This document shows positions 51,990-62,754 of a DNA stretch of 64,000 nt, in pieces. This DNA comes from Histomonas meleagridis 2922-C6/04-290x (Eukaryota > Protista > Parabasalia). Positions within the stretch are counted from its first letter, which is position 1, and each line of letters opens with the position of its first letter. A model generated the notes under the pieces. The model was not told the DNA's origin, ran no database searches, and worked only from the letters and a program-made list of their open reading frames with translations. Both the position numbers and the translations under genes were made by a program. Location: NCBI GenBank assembly GCA_020184695.1, contig JAANOX010000126.1, forward strand, positions 248,001 to 312,000, given 5' to 3'.

Positions 51990-52430
51990 ATGCAACACAA
52001 TCATACAGCCTTTGATGATGAGATGGATCGCGCTCATCTGCAGACATTAATTGACTCAAAACCTGATATTACTCGAGAGTACACAATAACTGATCTTCTA
52101 CACAAGATTGATCCGTCTGCATCTCTTGATCCTTTGGCAGAAGAACTTTTACTTGATATAGCAGATGACTTTATCGACTCCATAGTGAACTTAGCTGTAG
52201 ATTTTGCCAAAAACAGGAAAAGTGAAACAATTCAAGCAGAAGATGTAAATTATATAATTCAAAGAAAGTTCGAAAATTGCTCTTTTGGACCTACAAAAGG
52301 AATTCAAAGGCAGCCTGATTTTGTTCCAAATGAAGCACATTTGAAGCGAATTAAAGCTATTCAAGAATCGATACAAAATGAACAGCAACAACAGCTATCT
52401 CGACGAAATGAAACGCGCTCAAATACATAA
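51990..52430 (+). CDS. TAF12: TFIID subunit TAF12 (histone fold)
   Basis: LLHKIDPSASLDPLAEELLLDIADDFIDSIVNLAVDFAKNRKSETIQAEDV...AHLKR. Confidence 0.85.
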   Translation: MQHNHTAFDDEMDRAHLQTLIDSKPDITREYTITDLLHKIDPSASLDPLAEELLLDIADDFIDSIVNLAVDFAKNRKSETIQAEDVNYIIQRKFENCSFGPTKGIQRQPDFVPNEAHLKRIKAIQESIQNEQQQQLSRRNETRSNT

Positions 52431-52732
52431 ATTAAACGATTATTTTTATAATAGAATATTTTTGCAAAAAATTTTTAACAAAAATCCACAATGACTTCTA
52501 AATTTTATCTTTGGATGCAAACAACAGACAGATAATAAATATTGTGTATTTAATGTATTCGTCAATTACTCATAAAATAATATTCCTCATCTGTTGAACA
52601 TTGTGCATTTAGAATTCAATTTTTTTATTTTTATAAAATGAAATCATTTACTCGTTTTCAAAAAAAGAAAAATATATATTTTTTTTCGATAATTAGATTT
52701 AGCTAAGTTTTATTTGGCTCATTTTGTTAAAT

Positions 52733-54814
52733 ATGAATTCGAACAAAGTCAGTCAAACCACAAACATCGAAATCAATTTTCCAGAGCTTCTTTCACAATG
52801 CATATCTCAAGATGAAAACAAGAGGAATAAAGCACTAGGTATTTTATCATGTCTAAAGGAAAACTCAATATGCGATTATTTACAAAATCTTCATCTAATT
52901 TTTGTAAATAATCATCCAAATGATATAAAAAGCATCTCTCTTGTGTTGCTGTACCATGTAATTAAGGATGGAGAAATTCATGATTTACAAAATAATTTTG
53001 ACATTTTTAGAAATGATCTAGTGCAACTACTAGAATCATTTCCTATGCTCTCTGGAGGAGCATTAGGACAACTCATTCTTTGTTTTCCTGAAGAAATGCT
53101 TATTATTCAACAAATAATTCAAATTTTTCAATTAATTGGACCAAGTTATGATCGCTTAAAACTTGGATTTTTATACATGCTTTATGAAATTTCCTATGAC
53201 TATGAATTTTGTTCACCTGATACTGTCATAAACTTTATTCTAGCAGATCAAACAGATATTTTACCAATTCACATCAAAACTCTTTCATTACTTCTCCAAA
53301 CCAAAACAATTCATTTGGATGAAAATTCAGTTTCTCAGTTTCTTTATCGTAATCTTTCAAATGTTTCTTTGAAATCAGAAATTTATGTTTTACTGTCAAG
53401 TATTATAAAGTTTCATTACATTTTCGTTGCGAAATTCTTCGCTCATTTCATCTCTGCCATTCTCAATGATTTATCTGATGTTTCTTCAGTAATTCCAATT
53501 TCCGAAATAATTCGCAAACTTTCAAAATTCGAATCAACCAACTCTATTTCGGATGGAATAATCTCTGCGTTCTTTGAGCCAATGTTAAAAGCACTTCAAC
53601 TTGCGTACTTCAGGTTTCCTGAAGAATCAATCATCGATTCGATAGAATCAATGATTATTTGTTCTCCACAAATCGCACTCGCTGTTTCACTTCCTCTCAT
53701 TAGCTTTGATACTGAAGTTTCTTCTTCCTTTTCTTTTCAAGTTCTTTCGAATTTGATATCTTTTTGTGATTGTTCTTCTCTAATTCCAAAAATAATCAAC
53801 GAACTTAAGTCCAACTCGTTCTTACAGTCACAGCTTGTTCGTACCTCCTTCCTATGGTGCCTTCATTCGCTTTCCTTTGTTGACAACTCTTTTTTCATCT
53901 TTGATTTCGTCGGTTATCTCATTCAAATTTTAGCGGTTGAGCCGTTAGCTTCAGAAATCCTCAGAATTTTCGTTTACAACAACCCAACACCACAAAACGA
54001 AATTATTTTAAGTTGTTTTATCGAATGTTTTGATAAATCCGAATATTTCATACAAGCTCGAATCACTTCGAATTTAACTAAGATTATTTCACTTGGAATA
54101 TTTCCATTTGAACATCATCTCCAAAATGTTATTCAATTAACATGTCAAACATCGAACAAAATGAAGCGCTGTCTTCTGTACGAAATAATTGATTGTTTTT
54201 TGAATAGTTATGGACAACAAATTCCACAATCTTACATTGACGAAATATTAAAAGTTGCACCGAAATGTATTGAAATAGTAACATCAATTTCTATAATTAA
54301 TCCAAGTTATTTGAATTATGCGCTCGAACTAATGAAAGAGTCTCCTGATGATTCGATTGATTCTTTTGTCAGAATTCTCTCAAATTTCGATGGCACTTTT
54401 GCTATCGTCCCATCGTTCTTTCAAATGCTATCGAATAAACGGGCACTCTTAACGTGCGTTTGTGAAGTGATGGAAGAGGATAACGGTTTTGCCGATAGAG
54501 TGTATCGTAACATAGAAAAAATTGTTGCGATTTTTGACCCAAATTTTGGGAATGAAGTACTACATATTGTAGTTTGTGTGATTGACTTAACCAAAGATAA
54601 TCATCAGCAATGGATCGAACTTGGATTTAATGTAATTCAAAATGCGATTTCACTTGAATCTGATTTAATTGTCGACTTCTTTTCACGAGCAGCATCAGAG
54701 CTTCCGCAGGCGCTGATTAACTTTATTTGCTCAGAGAACAATGCGCATATCATTGAATATGTCAAAAGAAATTCACTTGAAGAATTTTATCTAATTCAAC
54801 AGTCACTTCTATAA
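52733..54814 (+). CDS. HEAT-repeat protein, importin-beta-like N-terminus
   Basis: ELLSQCISQDENKRNKALGILSCL...DIKSISLVLL; alpha-solenoid pattern. Confidence 0.5.
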   Translation: MNSNKVSQTTNIEINFPELLSQCISQDENKRNKALGILSCLKENSICDYLQNLHLIFVNNHPNDIKSISLVLLYHVIKDGEIHDLQNNFDIFRNDLVQLLESFPMLSGGALGQLILCFPEEMLIIQQIIQIFQLIGPSYDRLKLGFLYMLYEISYDYEFCSPDTVINFILADQTDILPIHIKTLSLLLQTKTIHLDENSVSQFLYRNLSNVSLKSEIYVLLSSIIKFHYIFVAKFFAHFISAILNDLSDVSSVIPISEIIRKLSKFESTNSISDGIISAFFEPMLKALQLAYFRFPEESIIDSIESMIICSPQIALAVSLPLISFDTEVSSSFSFQVLSNLISFCDCSSLIPKIINELKSNSFLQSQLVRTSFLWCLHSLSFVDNSFFIFDFVGYLIQILAVEPLASEILRIFVYNNPTPQNEIILSCFIECFDKSEYFIQARITSNLTKIISLGIFPFEHHLQNVIQLTCQTSNKMKRCLLYEIIDCFLNSYGQQIPQSYIDEILKVAPKCIEIVTSISIINPSYLNYALELMKESPDDSIDSFVRILSNFDGTFAIVPSFFQMLSNKRALLTCVCEVMEEDNGFADRVYRNIEKIVAIFDPNFGNEVLHIVVCVIDLTKDNHQQWIELGFNVIQNAISLESDLIVDFFSRAASELPQALINFICSENNAHIIEYVKRNSLEEFYLIQQSLL

Positions 54815-55111
54815 CATAAAATTATTAATAAAAGCTTTTAGAAAAAACTATTTTTCATGAATATAGCGTATGTTTCGAAATTCCCCAAAATGGTCTTCTT
54901 TTATTATAACATATTTGATCTCTTGAATAATCCAGAGATATGATAATAAAATATTATTCTGAGAAACAATATTCAAAAAGTGATTCAAATTTGGTTTAAA
55001 ATTTTTTGATTTTACAGCTGTTTTCAGTCTCCAACATATTAAATCGATATCAACTAAATCAAGAAAATGCTTACTGTAAGAAGTAAAGAAAATTTAACGT
55101 ATTGATGATAT

Positions 55112-55498
55112 TTACTCTGCATTGAACTTGGCAACGGCTTTACCACCTTCTGATACTGCATGCTTAGCAAGATCTCCTGGGAGAACTAAGCGAACTGCTG
55201 TTTGAATTTCGCGGGATCCAAGTGTGTTACGATCATTCATATCGACAAGGCGGGCACCTTCACGTGCAATACGCTCAAAAATATCTGTAACAAAGTTGTT
55301 CATAACCAACATTGCCTTATTTGAAATACCGATATCTGGATGAACTTGTTTAAGAACTTTGAAGATATAAGATGAGAATGATTCATTCCTCTTCTTATGA
55401 CGTTGCTTCTTTTCTTTTTCAGTTTCGGCTGGGGCTTCTCCTTCAACAGCTGGCTTCTTTTCTGTTGGTGTCTTTGAGGCTGGTTTCTTAGTTGACAT
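55112..55498 (-). CDS. H2B: Histone H2B
   Basis: [40 protein letters not shown]...[23 protein letters not shown]. Confidence 0.98.
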   Translation of the reverse strand: MSTKKPASKTPTEKKPAVEGEAPAETEKEKKQRHKKRNESFSSYIFKVLKQVHPDIGISNKAMLVMNNFVTDIFERIAREGARLVDMNDRNTLGSREIQTAVRLVLPGDLAKHAVSEGGKAVAKFNAE

Positions 55499-55652
55499 CT
55501 AGAAAATGAACTCGTTACAAGCCCGCGCTAAAATAGATTTCGATTTTCAATGATGCCGTTTTAGGCCCGTTATATTTGAATAAAAATGTATTTTGAAATG
55601 GCGCGAAAAAAATTTGTTGTTGGCGGTAAAAGAATGAGTTCATTTATTTCAT
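55499..55652. promoter_or_regulatory. 154-bp bidirectional promoter region of the divergent H2B/H2A pair
   Basis: Head-to-head ATGs at 55498 and 55653; Inr-like TCATT close to both starts; CpG-rich motifs (GGCGCG, GGCGG, GCCCG). Confidence 0.7.
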
Positions 55653-56054
55653 ATGCCAGCTAAGAAAGGTGTTAAGAAAACAGCTACAAAGACAGCAGTT
55701 GATGGAGAACGTGCTCATCCAAAGACAAGATCAAGTCGTGCAGGACTTCAATTCCCTGTTGGACGTCTTCATCGTTTCCTTCGTGAAGGTCGTTATGGAG
55801 ACCGTGTTGGTGCTGGAGCTCCAGTTTTCATGGCAGCAGTTCTTGAATATCTTACAGTTGAAGTTCTTGAACTTGCAGGAAATGCAGCAAGAGATAACAA
55901 GAAGACAAGAATTTCACCACGTCATATCATGCTTGCAATTCGTAATGATGAAGAATTGAACCAACTTCTTTCTAATATAACAATTGCATCAGCAGGTGTT
56001 GTTCCACATATTCATAAAGTTCTTCTTGGTCAAACTAAGAAGAAGGAAGAATAA
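55653..56054 (+). CDS. H2A: Histone H2A
   Basis: [18 protein letters not shown]...[39 protein letters not shown]. Confidence 0.98.
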   Translation: MPAKKGVKKTATKTAVDGERAHPKTRSSRAGLQFPVGRLHRFLREGRYGDRVGAGAPVFMAAVLEYLTVEVLELAGNAARDNKKTRISPRHIMLAIRNDEELNQLLSNITIASAGVVPHIHKVLLGQTKKKEE

Positions 56055-56256
56055 ATAAATTAATGTCGTTTCTCGAATTTTTTGATTAAAATAATACAAA
56101 TAACAAAGATAACTTGAAAAAAGTTCTGTTGGATAAAGAGAAGCCGTTAAGAAAATCAGCACTAAAATTTGAAAATGCATTTTCTCCTTATTAAAAATAA
56201 ATATTTATTTCAAATATCGAAAAATGGTATTATTTATTAATGATACAAAAAATTTT

Positions 56257-59200
56257 TTAGTTTTTATATTTTGTAATTACTTTATCACATTCCTTTGCTA
56301 ATTGTATATTATTTTCATTTAATGCAGCGCTTTTAATCATAAAAATATTTTGTTTTGATTTTGCTATTTTTAATGCATCTTTTAAGAATCCGAATTTAAC
56401 CAATAATTTGATTTGTAGATCATTTCCATTTATATATTTCAGTATATATTTTGGTAATTCGTTTCTTTTTTTCAACTTCTTTTCAAAGTTTATAAGTATT
56501 AATGTTGATATTGTTTCATAATTATATTCCGATAAATTACCTTTTTTAAGATCAATTAAATATTTCGGAATTGCATTTTTCCCAGAACAATAAAGTGTTT
56601 CAACAATTTGCTCAATAACAGGACCTAAATAAGAAGGTTTTAACTCTGTAATTTTTGAAGCTAATACAAAATTTCTCGTAAAAAGCATTGCAAACATCAT
56701 CGGTTTAATTGAATTTTCTGATTGAAACAAATCCAATTTTGAGTCAAAATTCAGATCGCAACGATCACATTGTTCGCAAAAAGCGGTCATCAAATTTGTT
56801 TGCGTTTTCAATTTTGAGAGAGAATTGTCAGAAATTTTTTCTGGGATTTTTCCTTTGTTTCTTTCATTAATTTCTTGATCAATCAGTAATTTAAGTTGAT
56901 TATAATAAAATAACTTTTGTTTCCATGATAGCAATGAAGAATACATTGACGAACATATTAAAATTGCATCTTCATTTTTACCAAATATCGAATAGATTTC
57001 AAACAAACTAAAAATTAATGAATTCTTTTCAAGGAAATCGAATAACTCAACAAAATTATTTGACACATTTAAGTTATTTCTAATAATATATTTGAAAAAG
57101 TTTGATAAATGTTCTGCTGAAATTAAAGGTTCGAAAATATATTTAATAAAATCATTAAATTCGATTTTAATTTCATTTAAAAGATCAAAAACTTCATTAA
57201 AGGAATCATATAAACAATAAAATTTAATTAATTCCAAATCGCCAACAAAATATTTTATAATTTTTGGGATTAATTTATAATTGGAATTATCAATTTTCGC
57301 AGTATTTCCTTGAATTACACATATAATTCGATAAAACATTGGAATAATTTCTACATGAAAACAATCCGAAAGAAATAATAACTCCGATGGAATTATATGG
57401 AACAAAATATTAATTAAGAAATCAATATTTTCGATTTTATGATTTGTATTTTTTTGAATTTCTAAATATTTAAGTGCAGAATCTGATTGTTGCAAATAAA
57501 AACAATTATAACATATTAATGAAATAAAATTCGATACGTTTATTTCAGGTAACATTTCAGTGACTTTAATAATTAAATCAATTTCATCAAATTTATAACA
57601 AATATTAATTAATTCCAAAATATCATTTAAATTATAATTAATTTGATATCTTATATGATTTTGTTTTTGTAAGAATAATAATAACCAATTAATTTTATTG
57701 TTATTAAAAGAAATTTTTGAAGTTATTTTCTTGCAAATTTTTAATGTTTTTATCGAATTGTTTTCGGATGAAATCGAATTAACTTTTAATGTATTTATAA
57801 TATTCATTAATGAATTATTAATTTCTGTTTTAAACTCATTGTTATTTAAATAAAAATAATCAAATGATATCTTTTGAATGATGTTAATATCATTTGTAGT
57901 TTTAATTTGTTTGATTAATGATTGAATATCAATTTCATCTTTTTTCGTTTCTTTTCCTTTATCAAAGAATTGTTTAACTAAATTCGTTTGATATTTTTCG
58001 GGTAAATTAATTAAATTCAAATGTAAAAATGAATTTTCTTCTAAGAAATGAGAAAAGTTTTGATTGTCTTCAATCATAAAAATAATTTTTTCTGTAATTT
58101 TCTCATAAAAATATGAAATCAAATTAATTTCATTTGAATATTTATAAGCAATTAAAATATAATTTTGTGATATTAATTCATCAATTATAACATTTGGTGT
58201 TTTAGAATTGATGTTATTTTGAATATAATTACTAGAATTTAACTCATATTTTTCTGGGTATAAATAATTCATTTCATAAAGTGATAATTTATTAAAATAT
58301 TCACTAAATAAATCATCAAATAAGTCAAAACAATGAATTCTTAATTCAAATAAAAAATTCAATGGAATTTTTGAAAGATTCATTGAATTTTCAATTAAAA
58401 TTTTGATTGAATTTTTTGACAAATTAAACAAATAAATTTCATCTGCAAAATCGAGAAAATTAAATAATAATTCGATTGTAATTTGACATTTTTCGATAAT
58501 TAAATTAATTATTTCATTAAAAATCTCATCTTTATTATCACTATCAAAAGTTAAATCCTTAATAATATCATTAAATTGCTTTAATGATTTAAAATTATTA
58601 AATTTTTTATTTTTGTTGTTTAATATTTCGATTGTTTTACCTATCAATGGTTCTTTCTCTGATATTAATTTGATTAATTCAGGTGATGCGTATGTTAAAT
58701 CACAATTTATCAATATTTTTTCAATTGCATTTTCACCAAATAAATTATTAATTAACTCCCAATTATATATATTGTTATTGTTATTAAGAAATGTTTCGAA
58801 ATTATTAACATTTAAATCATAAAATTTTATAATTTTATTTGTTAAAGAATATTTTCGAGGAATATTTAAACTTTTTGTATTTTTATCATCAAACTTTTGA
58901 TTAATTTCTTTTATAATTTCATTAAAATCTTCAAAAATTATTAAATTTCGTTCAGTTTTTAATAAAATTTTAACATTTTCATTAGTAACAAATTCTTTTT
59001 CTTTTTTTACTTTTTGATTTGTTGACAAATATAATTCGATTGGATATAATTTTGTTTTCAATGTTTTAGGAACTTTTTTATTATTTAATTTCATGTAAAT
59101 ACATTGTGTTGTTTGACAAATTTCAATTAATTTATTATCAAAAGAAACAAAACTTTTTGCTAATTCGAAATCTTTATTATCTAATGCTTTATACATAGAA

Positions 59201-60684
59201 ATTAAAGGCGAACTAAACAAATTTTTTAATTTATTAGATCCGAAAACATTTAATTTTTGTAATTTCTTAAAAGAAGAAATAAAATATTCGAAATATTTTG
59301 TTATCCCTTTTGCTAATGGAATTATCATTGATAACAATTTCTCAGCAACTTTTATATCACAAATATATTCATTATTTTTATCTTGTAAGAAAATCAATGA
59401 AAAAATATCAGTTAAAATTTGCTCAGCATTTAAACAATTTTCTAAGCAAAACTCAAAAACATTTTCATCCAAATTTTCATTACCTTTAATTAATTTTAAA
59501 GTTTTTAATATCATATAATATGAATAAATGAAATTTTTATCAACTTTTAAATCATTTTCAGAAATTATAAAATATTTTAATACGGAATAATAATTAATAT
59601 TCGAAATATCAATTAATTTTAATGTGTTTCTTATTAAAAATGGGAAAGAATGAACAAACAAATCAATTTTATCATGTTTTATAAGTTCATAAATATATTT
59701 TAATAGTTTATAATCATTTTTAATATATAAAAAAATTTTATTATTATCATTTTGGTTATTATCAACAATTTGTAAAATGTTATTAAAAAATTCTAAATCG
59801 AAATAAATGTTTTGATACTCAATTAAAAATATATATAATTTTAAATTCGGAAATATATTAATAATTTTATTTAATGAATTTATATCTTTTGTTTTAATTG
59901 TTTTATGTATAATAGAAAATATATTATCAATAAAAAAAGAATTTGTTGTTAAACAATTATTAACTAATAAAATTAAATTATTTTCACGAAGTATTTGAGA
60001 ATCATTTGGAAATTGTTCATTAGAAGTAATAATATTTTGATATGTTTTAGAGATATTTTCATTAAAAATTATGTTTGGAAGTTGCCAAAAACGATAAATA
60101 TTTAGACGATTAACTAAAGGATGTGTTGAAATGTTTGAAATTAATTTGTCGTCAAATTCATTAATAAGTTCAAATGTTGCAAAATCTAAAATTGGAATAT
60201 AAGTTTCAGATCCAATTTTATCTAGAAAATAATTGATTTCATGGGATAAACATCTAGTAAGTGCAGGATAACCAGAATTTAATTTCAGTATGGATTTGAG
60301 GAAAAATTTAAATTGTCGATTGGAAAATTTATCTGGATTAACAAAACATGTGTATAACTTGTTGCACCAAGGCCATCCAATTCGTTTGATCATTTGGAAA
60401 TAATATGATCTAAAATTAATCTTTGGAAATGGTATATCATTTTTATAAAAATTTGAAATAATGTATAAAAGATAAATAAGCAGTGGTGAATTTTTATCAG
60501 TATTGAGGGAATAAAATAATTTTACCACATAATTTTGTAAATCTTCAGACATTAATGAGTAACAAAAAGAAAGATATGAATTTAAAACAACGTGTTTCAG
60601 TAATTCTTTTTCTAGTAATTTTAAGTCGGTGATATTTGTGAATGTAATAAATTTATTTGTTTTTTGTTCCAAAAATTCCCCCAT
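56257..60684 (-). CDS. 1475-aa very AT-rich protein with a spastizin (ZFYVE26/SPG15)-like C-terminus
   Basis: C-terminal QIKLLVKFGFLKDALKIAKSKQ...AALNENNIQLAKECDKVI resembles the spastizin C-terminus from memory; the remainder is unrecognisable. Confidence 0.45.
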   Translation of the reverse strand: MGEFLEQKTNKFITFTNITDLKLLEKELLKHVVLNSYLSFCYSLMSEDLQNYVVKLFYSLNTDKNSPLLIYLLYIISNFYKNDIPFPKINFRSYYFQMIKRIGWPWCNKLYTCFVNPDKFSNRQFKFFLKSILKLNSGYPALTRCLSHEINYFLDKIGSETYIPILDFATFELINEFDDKLISNISTHPLVNRLNIYRFWQLPNIIFNENISKTYQNIITSNEQFPNDSQILRENNLILLVNNCLTTNSFFIDNIFSIIHKTIKTKDINSLNKIINIFPNLKLYIFLIEYQNIYFDLEFFNNILQIVDNNQNDNNKIFLYIKNDYKLLKYIYELIKHDKIDLFVHSFPFLIRNTLKLIDISNINYYSVLKYFIISENDLKVDKNFIYSYYMILKTLKLIKGNENLDENVFEFCLENCLNAEQILTDIFSLIFLQDKNNEYICDIKVAEKLLSMIIPLAKGITKYFEYFISSFKKLQKLNVFGSNKLKNLFSSPLISMYKALDNKDFELAKSFVSFDNKLIEICQTTQCIYMKLNNKKVPKTLKTKLYPIELYLSTNQKVKKEKEFVTNENVKILLKTERNLIIFEDFNEIIKEINQKFDDKNTKSLNIPRKYSLTNKIIKFYDLNVNNFETFLNNNNNIYNWELINNLFGENAIEKILINCDLTYASPELIKLISEKEPLIGKTIEILNNKNKKFNNFKSLKQFNDIIKDLTFDSDNKDEIFNEIINLIIEKCQITIELLFNFLDFADEIYLFNLSKNSIKILIENSMNLSKIPLNFLFELRIHCFDLFDDLFSEYFNKLSLYEMNYLYPEKYELNSSNYIQNNINSKTPNVIIDELISQNYILIAYKYSNEINLISYFYEKITEKIIFMIEDNQNFSHFLEENSFLHLNLINLPEKYQTNLVKQFFDKGKETKKDEIDIQSLIKQIKTTNDINIIQKISFDYFYLNNNEFKTEINNSLMNIINTLKVNSISSENNSIKTLKICKKITSKISFNNNKINWLLLFLQKQNHIRYQINYNLNDILELINICYKFDEIDLIIKVTEMLPEINVSNFISLICYNCFYLQQSDSALKYLEIQKNTNHKIENIDFLINILFHIIPSELLFLSDCFHVEIIPMFYRIICVIQGNTAKIDNSNYKLIPKIIKYFVGDLELIKFYCLYDSFNEVFDLLNEIKIEFNDFIKYIFEPLISAEHLSNFFKYIIRNNLNVSNNFVELFDFLEKNSLIFSLFEIYSIFGKNEDAILICSSMYSSLLSWKQKLFYYNQLKLLIDQEINERNKGKIPEKISDNSLSKLKTQTNLMTAFCEQCDRCDLNFDSKLDLFQSENSIKPMMFAMLFTRNFVLASKITELKPSYLGPVIEQIVETLYCSGKNAIPKYLIDLKKGNLSEYNYETISTLILINFEKKLKKRNELPKYILKYINGNDLQIKLLVKFGFLKDALKIAKSKQNIFMIKSAALNENNIQLAKECDKVITKYKN

Positions 60685-60892
60685 ATATTCAGATGGAAAA
60701 AACTGTAAAGTTCAAAAAGTCGAATTTCTATAGCAAACGATGATCCATAAACGTAAACGATAGAAGTTAATTTCTTTTTTTCATTCAGACCAAAACAAAT
60801 CTCATGAAATCCAGAAAACAAAGCAATGCACTAGCGATTCTTTTACTTATGTTACTATGTTATAGAATAAAAAAATGAAAAAATGAAATTAT

Positions 60893-61831
60893 TTAAATAA
60901 TCTCTTCAACTCTAATCATTAGCCTATAGTTATTATATGAAGACGCCTTATCATTGGCTTCAGGCCTACATTCATCGCAATTCCTGAAAAATGGGCACAA
61001 TACTAATCTCAATTTTGCAGGGCCCTCACAACCACAGACACAACACCCACCATCGCCTCCTTTGGCGCCGCATGGGCTTTCAACAATTTCGTATTCATAT
61101 GGATTCTTTGCAATGTATATGTAATCTGGGACTTCTGGTTCGAATTCCCTTTTCGTTCCGGTGTAAAAATACTCCCATTCATCCTCAGTCATGAGTCTGT
61201 ACGGTGGTTTGAGATTTGCTTTTAGTGTATTCGGTGAATAAAAAGTATAAAAATAAATTATTCCATCAATGCAACGATATAAAATATTGCCTTTCTGACT
61301 GAAAACTTGAGTTTCAAGCCCATCGTATTGAGGGAAATTAGGGTTTGGCTTGTAAAAATCAAATGGATCAAAACCTTCCTTTTGACTGATGATTTCATTG
61401 GTTTGACGATCGACTTTGGCAACTTCAATAGAGGTAGGATGGATAATAGGCTCGACAAGCATGGGACCTATGTCAACAGTTCGAATTGGCGACATATGTC
61501 CATTAAATTCTTCGATGAATTTCTGTGCTGAAAATTCAGGTTTTTCACCTTCATATCCTGTTTCATCCATCTCTTTGCGTATCATTTCTATAAACTCTTT
61601 TTCTTGATTTAATAAATCATCTGGAACTTTGTCTTCTGATGACCAACCAAGTGTAACTCCTTTGCAACCTGGGACAAAAATAAATACCTTTTCATTGTAA
61701 ATTACTTGAATATGATCATTTGTATATTCAACTTTGTAATCTTTTGGAAGAATACTAGCCAAAAGTTGTACCTTCTCTTCGTTATTCATTTCATTAAAAG
61801 ATGGGAGATATAGCTTCTCTATCGAACTCAT
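60893..61831 (-). CDS. Hypothetical protein resembling a bacterial FGE-sulfatase-like family
   Basis: FIFVPGCKGVTLGW, MSPIRTVDIGPMLVEP, RLMTEDEWEY, NPYEYE, KGGDGGCCVCG, CPFFR. Confidence 0.6.
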   Translation of the reverse strand: MSSIEKLYLPSFNEMNNEEKVQLLASILPKDYKVEYTNDHIQVIYNEKVFIFVPGCKGVTLGWSSEDKVPDDLLNQEKEFIEMIRKEMDETGYEGEKPEFSAQKFIEEFNGHMSPIRTVDIGPMLVEPIIHPTSIEVAKVDRQTNEIISQKEGFDPFDFYKPNPNFPQYDGLETQVFSQKGNILYRCIDGIIYFYTFYSPNTLKANLKPPYRLMTEDEWEYFYTGTKREFEPEVPDYIYIAKNPYEYEIVESPCGAKGGDGGCCVCGCEGPAKLRLVLCPFFRNCDECRPEANDKASSYNNYRLMIRVEEII

Positions 61832-61897
61832 CAGTTAAGAAGTGAACTAACAAAAGGCATTTAAAAAAGGGAAACGTAAAAAATAAATGATTGAAAA

Positions 61898-62754
61898 GGT
61901 AACAGGAAAAAGTATTGAATTTTTTGCATCTGCTTTTATGGTAAGGCTTTAAATAATTATATCACCTTTTCTTTTCGAGAAAGTGAATATATCAACTCGA
62001 AATTCATAAATTCAAAGAAGCAATGGAATCGATATTCAACAAACCTGAGTACAAGAAAAAATATAATTTATTCAACTATAATTATAATTTGTTTTCATTG
62101 ATATTTTATTTTAATGAAATTATTTAAAGATTATCCAATTATTATGACCTTGAAAATGTAACAGAAAGATATTTTAAAATTCTTTAATAACTCATTAGTC
62201 ATATAAAAAAGATAAATTATACATATAAATAGTTTAGAAATTAAACATATCTAATATATAACATTACTATATATGAAATATTCCAAAACTCCCGAAAAAA
62301 AAATACATACAAAAAATGAACACTTTTATAAAAGCTATTAAATAAATTATCCCTGTATTAATAAAATTTTATATTTAGAAATTGTTTGTTTTTAAAACTA
62401 TTCCCATTATAACATATGAGATATCTTTTTCAAAAACATAATAATATGAGAAATATTTATTGTTTCAAACAATGATAACAAGGCATCTTCAACTCATGTT
62501 TTCTTTATAATTAAAAATTCTTTTATATCAATTTTAATTCAAATTTTCGGAAAATGGTGAAGTTCCATGAGAAATTTCAACAAAATTTTGGTTTGTCGAT
62601 ATTTCAAACCATGGAAGTTTTGCACCATTCAACCTAAAAAAAGAACCTATTCCACTGAGCCAAAAAATCTTGCTCGAAAATAAAAGGTGATATAATTCTT
62701 TGAAGCCTTACCATAAAAGCAGTTGCAAAAAATTCAATACTTTTTCCTGTTACC
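61898..62754. mobile_element. 857-bp non-autonomous DNA transposon, Mutator-like (82-bp TIRs, 9-bp TSD GATTGAAAA)
   Basis: 61898-61979 and 62673-62754 are reverse complements with 4 mismatches and termini GGTAAC...GTTACC; an identical GATTGAAAA lies at 61889-61897 and 62755-62763. Confidence 0.88.

Noticed and set aside
1210-61607. Numerous 60-130 aa ORFs overlapping real genes in antisense or alternate frames
   Set aside because: Shadow ORFs without domain signatures.
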